In this document: piece by piece, positions 55,260-64,000 of the stretch
How the letters are laid out: the number at the start of each line of letters is the position of its first letter
How positions within the stretch are numbered: position 1 is the stretch's first letter
Program-made: the position numbers and the translations under genes
Notes under the pieces: model-generated
Database searches by the model: none
Seen by the model: only the letters and a program-made list of their open reading frames with translations
What the model was told of the DNA's origin: nothing
From: an uncultured bacterium
Lineage (GTDB): Bacteria; Krumholzibacteriota; Krumholzibacteriia; Krumholzibacteriales; Krumholzibacteriaceae
Assembly (NCBI GenBank): GCA_963786935.1
Contig: CAWBAN010000002.1
Span: forward strand, 128,001 to 192,000
Direction: 5' to 3'
Length of the DNA stretch: 64,000 nt

Positions 55260-55489
55260 CAGCGGTTGAGCTTGCGGTACATCGAAGAGTCTTGCGGATG
55301 AATCGTGGTCGGAAACCGCCATCTCCCACCCCCACTGGCGTCTTCCGTTACCCGAAAAGCGAGCTTGCGAATCGGCTGCGCCTTGCCGGAAAAGGGCGCG
55401 CTTCTGCCGTCTCTCTTTATATGGATACGCGCCGGAAAACCCGGCGAAATCGGCAGCATGTCCTTGGTGAGATGGGGGGTAAGGACATG
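55260..55489 (+). ncRNA. Candidate structured cis-regulatory 5' leader, copy A
   Basis: Homologous to 61819..62067, with a 48-nt identical block at 55318-55365. A CATGTCCTT/AAGGACATG stem includes the start codon. Confidence 0.55.
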
Positions 55490-58400
55490 AAAGCACTTTC
55501 GGCGATCCTCGCGATCGCAATCCTGGCGATATGTGTATTCTCGGCGGCGGGCGAAGCCCGTGACACGGCGAAGCCCGGCCTGCGGATGACGAGGCAAGAC
55601 CCGGAGGCTCAGCTGCCCGGGCTCGTCGATCCGGGGCTGCGCGGTCTCTACGAGGAGGCCGCGGTCGACACATACTGCCTCGTCTGGTACGACTTCGAGG
55701 TCGGCAACTGGCAGGGCTGGACGCGCGTCGACGAGACCTCCCAGCGGCGCATGTTCTTCCACGTCGACGACTTCGCCGGGCTCGGGGGCGGGGACTTCGG
55801 GGGGCTTGTGCCGCTCGAAGGAACGAAGTCGATGTGGTGCGGCGCGCGGCCAAGCCTGTCCGATCCTTACATGTGCTCGTGGGCGAACGCGCCCGGGTAC
55901 GGCAGCGGCTGGAGCCAGGACCTCACGACCTTGCCGATTTCGTTCGTTGGCGCGATCACCCTCTCCTACAAATGCCACTATGACTCGGAACCGGACTATG
56001 ACTTCACGAGGGTCCAGTACGGCCTCTATACCGACGAGCATGTCGCGGCCGAATACACGGGCCGGGGCGACACGACCGTGAGCCTATTCCTGACGGCCCC
56101 TCGTGCCAGAATGAAGATCCGCTTCCACTTCACGTCGGACGGCGCGTGGAACGATCAGGACGGTCTCTGGAACACCGACGGCGGCTTCATCGTCGACAGC
56201 ATCCGGGTCAGGGATATGGCCGCGATCGACAACTATCAGGACTTCGAGTCGGCTGCCGTGGGGGCGATCTATGCCGGTATTTGGATCGGCACACGCGCGG
56301 GCGAGTTCGGCAAGTACTCGGGGCTCAGATCCAACCTGATCGACAAGGATCCCTGCGGGGAGAATCTTTCCACCGCGGTGGTGTTCTTCGTCGGATCCCC
56401 CGTCCCGAGCACGAGCTACCCGGGTCTCTATGATACGCCGTTCTGTGCCGGCACGGGCGGCCGCGAAGCTCCGTGCCAGAACGAGCTCGTCGTCTCTCCC
56501 CTGATCGACACCAGGAGATACTCGACGCAGCGGAACAGCGTCCAGGACGGCGTCATACCTCCGGGAGAGCTGCCGTCGCTCGCGGGATACCTGTTTCGAT
56601 TCGCGGTGTATGAAGACAATCCGTTATCGAATCTCGTTATGTATTTTTGGTATGTGCGCAACATCGTAGGCGGATGTCCCGGGCAATGGGTCAACAGAAA
56701 CTTCATCTATTATTGCTGTAATGATCAGAGCTGGCTCCACAATGCGGGCGATTACGTGGGCGATCTCATCACGAGCGACACGGTGCAGGTCGCCCTCAAC
56801 GTCGTCGACATGTGCGACGTGTGGTACCTCGTGAACGGCAACTGCGCGAAGCACACGCCGGCGCCCTGGTTCGACAGCGTCCGCCTGTATCGGTACGGTA
56901 CTTCGGGGCCGCAATGGTCGGTTCGCGACATCGATCTCTTCCAGGACAACTTCCCGGGGCAGGAGTTCTCTCTGGAGAGCTACGTGCGCGCCGACGCCGC
57001 GAACGACATCAACACGAACGACGACCCGGTCCTCCGTCCGGGCGACTCGAACGTCGTTGACTGCGTCTCGCCCCTCGGCGGGGGCATAGCGGCCGATCCG
57101 GCCGGCGGCCCGGCCGTGTACATGCACGTGAAGTGCACTTACGTCGGGCCGACGCCGACGAAGCCGAATCTCTTCGGCCCTTCCCTTCAGGGCACCTATG
57201 GCTGGTACAAAAACGACGACGGCGCATGGACGGTCATCCGGGGAGATACGGCTCGCACGGCGGCCGGCATCGTCGCGAACAAATACATGTTCGACCTCAA
57301 CGATTCGCTCTTCACGAGAGGCTATCGCGTCGATTACTACTTCACGGCCCGCGACGTCGCGGGGGAGGAGCGCGCGCTGCCGAAGTGGGCCCGCTCACGG
57401 GAGCCGTACTTCGAATGGACGTGCCTCCCGACGAAAAACTCCGACGTCCTCTTCGTTGACGACTTCACGGGGCGCGGCTCCTTCGTCGGCTCGGTCGAAA
57501 ACTACTGGATGCCGGTGCTCGACGCCGTGCTTCCTTCGCCGAACAATAACGTGGACAAATACGACGTGAATGGCCCGACTTCCGGTGTCGCGAACGGGCC
57601 GGGAAGCCGTGCGAAGACCAAGCAGCTCGTCGATTGGTACCGCGCAATCGTCTGGGACGCCGGAGACCTCGAATCGATCACGATCTCCGACGGTTCGGTC
57701 AACAGCGACAAATCGAACGACTGCCAGATGCTTATCAACTGGTTCGAGCAGTCCGAGCACGTGTGCGGTCTCTGGGTCTGCGGCGACGATATCGCCTACG
57801 ATCTGGACGGCCTCGCCTCTACCCCTGCGCTCACCCTCATGAGCACCTGGTGCGGCGTCGACTTCATCTCGACGAGCTACTTCGATGATACCGGCGGACG
57901 AACGGGGGGCGGCATCGTCGTGCCCCTCATCACGGGGGAGGCCGATGCGGGCATCTTCGTGCACGGGGGCGTGCCCGACCAATTCTACGCGTACGGCGGC
58001 TGTTTCGTCATCAACCAGTTCGACGTGCTCGGAAAGGCGGCGAACGGGAAGTACGCCCTGAGCTATCCCGTGTACAACGCGACGAACCGTTATGCGGCGA
58101 TCGCATCCTCGACGCTGAATCCGAGCGGATACAGCGTGAACACGATGTGGTTCGGATTCAGCTTCCAGTACATTCGCGATGACATGAATGCCGTTCCGGC
58201 CGACCGTTTCGAGCTTGCGAAGGACGTGTTCGCCTGGATGCAGTACCCGGCGAACGTGTGCTGCTACACCGACGCGACCCCCCCTCCGCCTATGGGCTCG
58301 CGCAGAACTTCCCGAATCCCTTCAATCCATCGACGACGATTCGCTACGATATGAAGGAGAAGGGGCTCGTGACGGTGAGGATCTACGACGTGGCGGGGCA

Positions 58401-58563
58401 TCTCGTGCGCACGCTCGTGAACGAGACGAAAGACGCGGGCGCATACTCGGCGATCTGGGACGGCCGCAACAACATCGGCGCGGACACGGCGAGCGGGATC
58501 TATTTCTACAAGATGGAGACGAGCGCGTTCAGCGCGACGAAGAAGCTCGTGATGCTGAGATAG
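55487..58563 (+). CDS. Large secreted protein (C1) with a FlgD/T9SS-like C-terminal domain; frameshift in the C7 tract at 58278-58284
   Basis: Signal peptide MKALSAILAIAIL. Has an RFHFTSDGAW MAM/InhA-like domain and a VLFVDD domain. The CTD LAQNFPNPFNP...TKKLVMLR lies in the shifted frame (ORF 58258). Confidence 0.85.
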
Positions 58564-58622
58564 ATACCGGCGGAATTCGGCGGCGATGGAACGCTGTTCC
58601 TAATACGATGGGGGGCAGAGAC

Positions 58623-61600
58623 ATGAAAGCGCTCTCGGCGATTCTCGCGATCTCGATCATCGCGACATGTGTCTTCTCGACGGCGGGTGAGACCCGCGAC
58701 GCGGCGAGGCCCGGCCTGCGGCCCATCAGGGCGCAGTCGGAGCTCGAGACGAACGAGCTCGTCGATCCCGGGCTGCGCGGCCTCTACGAAGAGGCCGCGG
58801 TCGATACCTACTGCCTAGTCTGGTACGACTTCGAGCTCAGCAACTGGCAGGGGTGGACGCGGGAAGACGAGACCGCGCAGCGAGGCGTTTTCTTTCATGT
58901 GGACGATTTCGCGGGGCTCGCCGGCTACGCGCCCCTCGAAGGGACGAAATCGATGTGGTGCGGGGCGCGGCCGAACCCGGCCGATCCGTACTTCTGCGCG
59001 TGGGAAAGCGCGCCGGGATACGGCAACAGCTGGGATCAATTGCTATCCACCGGCGCGATGCCCTTCGTCGGTGTGCTCACGCTCTCGTATAGGATCTCGT
59101 ACGACGTGGAGCCGGATTACGAATTCGTGAGGGTCGAATACAGCAGGGCCGGAGGCTGGGAGGCGGCCGCGGCGTATACCGGGCAGAACGATACGATCGT
59201 CTCGCTCGCCATGCCGCTGACCTCCGCGCAAACGAAGCTGCGGTTCCGGTTCACGTCCGACGGGGCATGGAGCGACGAGGACGGTCTCTACGACACGGAC
59301 GGCGCCTGCGTCATCGACAGCATCAGCCTTTCCGACGTGGGTGCGTTCTCCGACTTCGAGGACTTCGAGGGGGCCTCGACAGGGGCGACATCGTCCGGGA
59401 TCTGGAGCGGGATGCTCGCCATCCCCTTCGGCATGTATTCGGGTCTCGCGTCGAATCTGAACGACAAGGATCCCTGCGGAGAGAATTTCACCTCGCTCAT
59501 CGTGTTCTACATCGGATCCACGGTCCCGAGCACGAGCTACCCCGGACTCTATGACACGCCGTTCTGCGTCGATGGGCAGCGCGGCGAGGGGGCCCTGTGC
59601 CAGAATGAACTGGTAGTCTCCCCCTTGATCGATACGAGGAGATATTCGACGCGGCGCGACGGGGTCCAAGACGGGGCAATCTCTCCGGGAGAACTCCCGG
59701 CGCTCGGCGGATTCATATTCCGATACGCGATCTACATGGATCAGCCGATGGCGAATCTGGTCTTCCACCTGTGGCACGTGCGCAATGTCGTGAACGGCTG
59801 CCCGGGCCGATGGCTCGACAGGAACTACGCCGTATGGGATTCCTACTACTGGGGCTTCTATGCCTGGGATGTGAGCGATCTTCTGTCGAGCGACACGGTG
59901 CAGGTCGCCGTCGGCGTCGTCGACATGTGCGACACGTGGTATCTCGTGCAGGGGAACTGCGCGCAGCACACGCCGGCGCCGTGGTTCGATAACGTCCGCC
60001 TGTATCGGTACGCCGACACGGGTCCGGATATGTACTCCCGCGATCTCGATCTCTTTCAGGACAACTTCCCGCAGCAGGAGTTCGACATCGAGAGCTACGT
60101 GCGCGCGGACGCCGCGAACGACATCAACACGAACGACAACCTGGTCATCCGCCCGGGGGATTCGGTTGTCATCAGTGGCGGCGCGTATAATGGTGAAAGC
60201 GACATCGCCGCCGATCCGACATACGGAGGGCCGGCCGTGTATCTTCACGTAAAATGCTTGTACATCGGCGCCGATCCGGCCAAGCCGGACGTCTACGGAC
60301 CGTCGCTCGCGGGGAGCGTCCTCACCGGGCCGCCCGGCTCGCAGTATACGATCAATTTCAATTACATCGGCGACGACGGAATATGGACGGTCATCCAGTG
60401 CGACAGCGCCCGCACCGCCGCCCATGTCATCGCCAACATGTACTGCGTTGACCTGAACGACGAGCTTTTCACGCGAGGATACGAGATCGAGTACTACTTC
60501 ATTGCCCGCGATGTCGCGGGTGGCGAGCGCGCTCACCCGAAGTGGGCCCGCTCCCGGGGGCCCTACTTTGAATGGACGTGCCTCCCGACCGGGAAATCCC
60601 CCGTCCTCTTCGTCGACGACTCGCGCTATTCCCAAGTGGCGGCGTATCCGGGCGGCGGCGCCCGCGAGTATTGGGACCGCGCGTGGGATGCGCTCGAGGA
60701 TCCCGATTCGCCCGACCGGTACGACGTGAACAGCCCTTCGTCGGGAGTTTCGAACGGGCCCGGGAGCCGCGCGAAGAGCAATCATCTCACGACATACTAC
60801 GACGTGATCGTCTGGGACTGCGGCGACAATTATTCGGTCACGATCACGGACGGCACGGTGAACAGCGACAAATCGAACGACTGCCGGATGCTCATCGACT
60901 GGATGAACCTCAGCGAGCACGACGTCGGGCTCTGGATCTGCGGCGACGACGTTGCCTACGATCTGGATAATATGGGATCGACCCCGGCGCTCACCCTTAT
61001 GAACACGTGGTGCGGTGTCGACTTCCTTTCGGAGAGCTACTTCAATGAGACCGGCGGCCGCACGGGCGGCGGCATCGTCTATCCGCTCGTCACGGGGGAC
61101 GCAGACGCGGGCATCTTCGTCCACGGCGGGGTTCCCGATTCGCTCTACGCCGACGGCGGCTGCTGGGTCTTGAACAGTTTCGACGTGATCGGCAAGACCG
61201 CCAATGGCGAATACGCGCTCAGCTATCCGCCGTACTCGGCGCAGAACTACTATGCCGCGATCGCGTCGGAGCAACTGAACGCCGGGGGCTACTTCGCGCG
61301 CACGATGTGGTTCGGATTCGGATTCCAGTACGTCCGCGACGCCGCAATGGAGGACATTCCGATTCGAGTGCATCTCGCGCACGACGTGTTCACGTGGATG
61401 GCGGTGGGGTGCAACCAGCCCGGCTGCGACGAGAAGCTCACGCCAGCCGGGGCGCCGAAGGCCTACGCCCTCGCCCAGAACTATCCGAATCCCTTCAATC
61501 CGATGACGACGATCAAGTACGACATGAAGGCGAAGGGGCTCGTGACAGTGAAGATCTACGACGTGGCGGGGCGTCTGGTGCGGACGCTCGTGAACGAGGT

Positions 61601-61736
61601 GAAGGACGCGGGCGCGTACTCGGCGGTCTGGGACGGCCGGAACAACGGCGGGTCGAGCGTGGCGAGCGGGATCTACTTCTACAAGATGGAGACCGCGGGT
61701 TTCGGGGCGACGAAGAAGCTCGTGATGCTGAGATGA
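58623..61736 (+). CDS. Large secreted protein (C2), paralog of C1, intact FlgD/T9SS-like CTD
   Basis: Same N-terminus as C1. CTD reads LAQNYPNPFNP...IYDVAGRLVRTLV...WDG...VASGIYFY...KKLVMLR. Confidence 0.9.
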   Translation: MKALSAILAISIIATCVFSTAGETRDAARPGLRPIRAQSELETNELVDPGLRGLYEEAAVDTYCLVWYDFELSNWQGWTREDETAQRGVFFHVDDFAGLAGYAPLEGTKSMWCGARPNPADPYFCAWESAPGYGNSWDQLLSTGAMPFVGVLTLSYRISYDVEPDYEFVRVEYSRAGGWEAAAAYTGQNDTIVSLAMPLTSAQTKLRFRFTSDGAWSDEDGLYDTDGACVIDSISLSDVGAFSDFEDFEGASTGATSSGIWSGMLAIPFGMYSGLASNLNDKDPCGENFTSLIVFYIGSTVPSTSYPGLYDTPFCVDGQRGEGALCQNELVVSPLIDTRRYSTRRDGVQDGAISPGELPALGGFIFRYAIYMDQPMANLVFHLWHVRNVVNGCPGRWLDRNYAVWDSYYWGFYAWDVSDLLSSDTVQVAVGVVDMCDTWYLVQGNCAQHTPAPWFDNVRLYRYADTGPDMYSRDLDLFQDNFPQQEFDIESYVRADAANDINTNDNLVIRPGDSVVISGGAYNGESDIAADPTYGGPAVYLHVKCLYIGADPAKPDVYGPSLAGSVLTGPPGSQYTINFNYIGDDGIWTVIQCDSARTAAHVIANMYCVDLNDELFTRGYEIEYYFIARDVAGGERAHPKWARSRGPYFEWTCLPTGKSPVLFVDDSRYSQVAAYPGGGAREYWDRAWDALEDPDSPDRYDVNSPSSGVSNGPGSRAKSNHLTTYYDVIVWDCGDNYSVTITDGTVNSDKSNDCRMLIDWMNLSEHDVGLWICGDDVAYDLDNMGSTPALTLMNTWCGVDFLSESYFNETGGRTGGGIVYPLVTGDADAGIFVHGGVPDSLYADGGCWVLNSFDVIGKTANGEYALSYPPYSAQNYYAAIASEQLNAGGYFARTMWFGFGFQYVRDAAMEDIPIRVHLAHDVFTWMAVGCNQPGCDEKLTPAGAPKAYALAQNYPNPFNPMTTIKYDMKAKGLVTVKIYDVAGRLVRTLVNEVKDAGAYSAVWDGRNNGGSSVASGIYFYKMETAGFGATKKLVMLR

Positions 61737-61784
61737 AGGGGCAAGGGGCTGCGAAATCGGCAGTTACTTCTTGCACAATAATGA

Positions 61785-61813
61785 TTTACACGAAGCCCGA
61801 TTTGTGCTAGAAT
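61785..61813 (+). promoter_or_regulatory. Promoter of the conserved leader, copy B
   Basis: TTTACA-N17-TAGAAT with an extended TG. Confidence 0.7.
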
Positions 61814-61818
61814 ACGTC

Positions 61819-62067
61819 CAGCGGTTGAGTCTGCGGTGCAACAACAGAGCTGATGAATGAATCGCGGTCGGAAACTGCCATCTCCCACCCCCACTGGCGT
61901 CTTCCGTTACCCGAAAAGCGAGCTCGTGAAACGGCGGGGCCGTGCCGGTAAAAGGCGCGCCGATACCGTCTTCCATATATGGAATAGTATAGGCCGCTCG
62001 AATGAGTCCCCGGGCGCCCGGCAAAATCGGCAGCATGTCCTTAAACGGGATGGGGGGTAAGGACATG
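61819..62067 (+). ncRNA. Candidate structured cis-regulatory 5' leader, copy B
   Basis: Identical block at 61877-61924. Same start-codon-sequestering stem as copy A. Confidence 0.55.
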
Positions 62068-64000
62068 AAAGCTCTCTCGGCGATCCTCGCGATCGCAATC
62101 ATCGTGACATGTGTCTCCTCGCCGGTCGCGGCGCGCGATCCTCTCGAGCAGCGGATTCGCGCCGCGCGGGCGGAGCAGCCGCTCGAGTCCGCGGCCTACC
62201 CGGACCTCATCGATCCGGGGCTTCGCGGATTCACGGAATCCGCCGCGGTCGACACGTACTGCCTCGTCTGGTACACCTTCGAGCAGATGAACTGGATGGG
62301 GTGGACGCGCTTCGACAATACCGCACCGGCGAACTATAGTGGCTGGCACGTGGATGATTTCGCCGGGCTCGGCGGAAATCTCGCCCCGCTCGAAGGCACG
62401 AAATCTCTCTGGTGCGGCGCCCGGCCGAATCCGGCGGATCCGTACCTCTGCACGTGGCTCAGCGCGCCGGGATACGGCAATTACTGGCGCCAGAATCTCT
62501 CCACGACGTTCTGCGCATGCTGCGATGACGGCCCCCCGTTGCCGAGGTTCGGCCCGATAACCTTCGCATACAAGATCGCGTACGATCTCGAGCCCGACCA
62601 CGATTTCGTCGTCGTCGAGTACGACTCCCACTGCCGGGACTGGGTAGAGCTGACCACGTACACGGGGCAGGGAAGCGCGACGGAGGAGTTCTATATCCCC
62701 GGCAATTTCACGCGGACGAAGCTGCGGTTCAGGTTCACGTCCGATGAAGCAGGGAGCGACGAGGACGGCCTCTTCAATTCAGACGGCGCCTGCATCGTGG
62801 ACAGCCTCTGCGTATCCGATTCCGTCGGGGTCGTTTTCTTCGAGGATTGCGAGAGCGCACCCGTCGGCCAGACGTGGGCGAGCATCTGGATGGGATTGTC
62901 GGGGAATGCCTACGGGAAGTACTCCGGCCTCAAGAACAATCTCGTGGATAAAGATCCCTGCGGCGAAAACCTCGCCACGCAAATCGTGTTCTTCATCGGC
63001 GCCCCCGATCCGCTCCCGGGTTACCCGTGGCCGGGAATCTTTGCCACGCCGTTCTGCCATGGCTCCACCGAGATCCTCTGTCAGAACGAGATGGTGATCT
63101 CTCCCGTCATCGACATGAAGAAGTACTCGACGGCCCGCAACAACGTTCAGAACGGAACGATTCCGGCGGGAGAGCTTCCGGGTCTTCAGGGGGCGCTCCT
63201 GCGCTATACGGTCTATGCGGACCTTCCCTATGAGAATCTGGTCTTCTACCGGTGGCGCGTGCGATCGATCGAAAACGGCCGCGCGGGCCGGTGGTTGGAC
63301 AGAAATCTCCTCTACTGGCATGACGGCACGGATTACCTTTACGGAGCCGAAGAAGTGGGCGACCTCATCACGAGCGACAGCGTCCAGATCGCGGTCGGCG
63401 TGATCGACATGTGCGGCGTCTGGTATGCCGGTCCCGGCTCGTGCGTCGAGCATACGCCCGCGCCGTGGTTCGACAATATCCGGCTCTATCGCTACGCGAC
63501 GGTCGGGCCGCAGTGGAGCTGGCGCGCCATGGATCTTTTCCAGGACAACTTCGCCTCGACCGATTCGATCGGAGGATTCGTCAGGGCGGACATGGCGCAG
63601 GATATCAACGATCCCGATAATCCCTCGATACGCCCGGGAGATTCGATCGTAGTGCGCTGCACTTCGGTCGGCGGTGGGGGCATCGCGGCCGATCCGGCCG
63701 GAGGCCCGGCGGTGTACATGCATGTGAAATGCGCGTCCATCGGGTATCCGGTGAAGCCCGCGCTCTACGGGCCGTCGCTGGCCGGCACCTATGGATCGTA
63801 CAAGAGCGACGACGGCACGTGGACGATCATTCAGGGGGACACGGCGAGGATCGGCTCATACGTCTACCCGGATTACTACATGTTCGATCTCAATGACGAG
63901 CTATTCACCTACGGCTACATGATCGAATACTACTTCACCGCGAATGATGTCGCAGGCGCACATACGGCGCTCCCGCGCGGGGCGGATCAGTTCGCGACCG
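62065..64000 (+). CDS. Large secreted protein (C3), paralog of C1/C2, runs off the window end
   Basis: Read from the sequence because it is missing from the ORF track: ATG AAA GCT CTC TCG GCG ATC... gives MKALSAILAIAIIVTC, then DPGLRG, AAVDTYCLVWY, DKDPCGEN and HTPAPWFDN. Confidence 0.88.
   Translation, partial: MKALSAILAIAIIVTCVSSPVAARDPLEQRIRAARAEQPLESAAYPDLIDPGLRGFTESAAVDTYCLVWYTFEQMNWMGWTRFDNTAPANYSGWHVDDFAGLGGNLAPLEGTKSLWCGARPNPADPYLCTWLSAPGYGNYWRQNLSTTFCACCDDGPPLPRFGPITFAYKIAYDLEPDHDFVVVEYDSHCRDWVELTTYTGQGSATEEFYIPGNFTRTKLRFRFTSDEAGSDEDGLFNSDGACIVDSLCVSDSVGVVFFEDCESAPVGQTWASIWMGLSGNAYGKYSGLKNNLVDKDPCGENLATQIVFFIGAPDPLPGYPWPGIFATPFCHGSTEILCQNEMVISPVIDMKKYSTARNNVQNGTIPAGELPGLQGALLRYTVYADLPYENLVFYRWRVRSIENGRAGRWLDRNLLYWHDGTDYLYGAEEVGDLITSDSVQIAVGVIDMCGVWYAGPGSCVEHTPAPWFDNIRLYRYATVGPQWSWRAMDLFQDNFASTDSIGGFVRADMAQDINDPDNPSIRPGDSIVVRCTSVGGGGIAADPAGGPAVYMHVKCASIGYPVKPALYGPSLAGTYGSYKSDDGTWTIIQGDTARIGSYVYPDYYMFDLNDELFTYGYMIEYYFTANDVAGAHTALPRGADQFAT

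Noticed and set aside
55260..55486. Known riboswitch (c-di-GMP-I/II, c-di-AMP, cobalamin, TPP, SAM) or tRNA
   Set aside because: I could not find the hallmark consensus segments by eye. An Rfam scan is still needed to exclude them formally.
58290..61736. Diversity-generating retroelement (similar 3' ends of C1 and C2)
   Set aside because: There is no reverse transcriptase in the window, both copies are coding CTDs, and the differences are not adenine-specific.

Overview
This is a GC-rich bacterial chromosomal window. I see no rRNA, tRNA, CRISPR array, integrase or transposase. The gene content includes expanded large secreted proteins with T9SS/FlgD-like C-terminal domains, many lipoproteins, SurA-type chaperones and an outer-membrane beta-barrel. 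This suggests a diderm of the FCB-associated candidate lineages such as Krumholzibacteriota or Latescibacterota, which is an inference only. The core block is moxR-DUF58-batA-mfd-3xPPIase-hsp15-pdxA-ftsEX-envC-holB-ricT-metG-tatD/radical SAM-rsmA. It is followed by a beta-barrel with four lipoproteins, a yibQ-like gene, pdxJ, an XRE operon, DUF169, ald, gdhA, corA, ligA and a GH57 glycogen cluster. The left end carries a tandemly duplicated pair of a secreted CTD protein and a large lipoprotein. The right end carries three paralogous ~1000-aa secreted proteins. The most notable observation is a ~230-245 nt non-coding leader conserved upstream of two of those paralogs. It has its own promoter, a 48-nt identical core forming a C-rich-loop hairpin, and a hairpin that sequesters the start codon, making it a candidate novel cis-regulatory RNA. 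Also notable are three distinct candidate C-terminal sorting signals, clustered D-(S/T)-X O-glycosylation-like sequons, several apparently leaderless genes and a shared intergenic repeat. Several single-base frameshifts (mfd x4, ~755, ~11316, ~58280) are probably sequencing indels.
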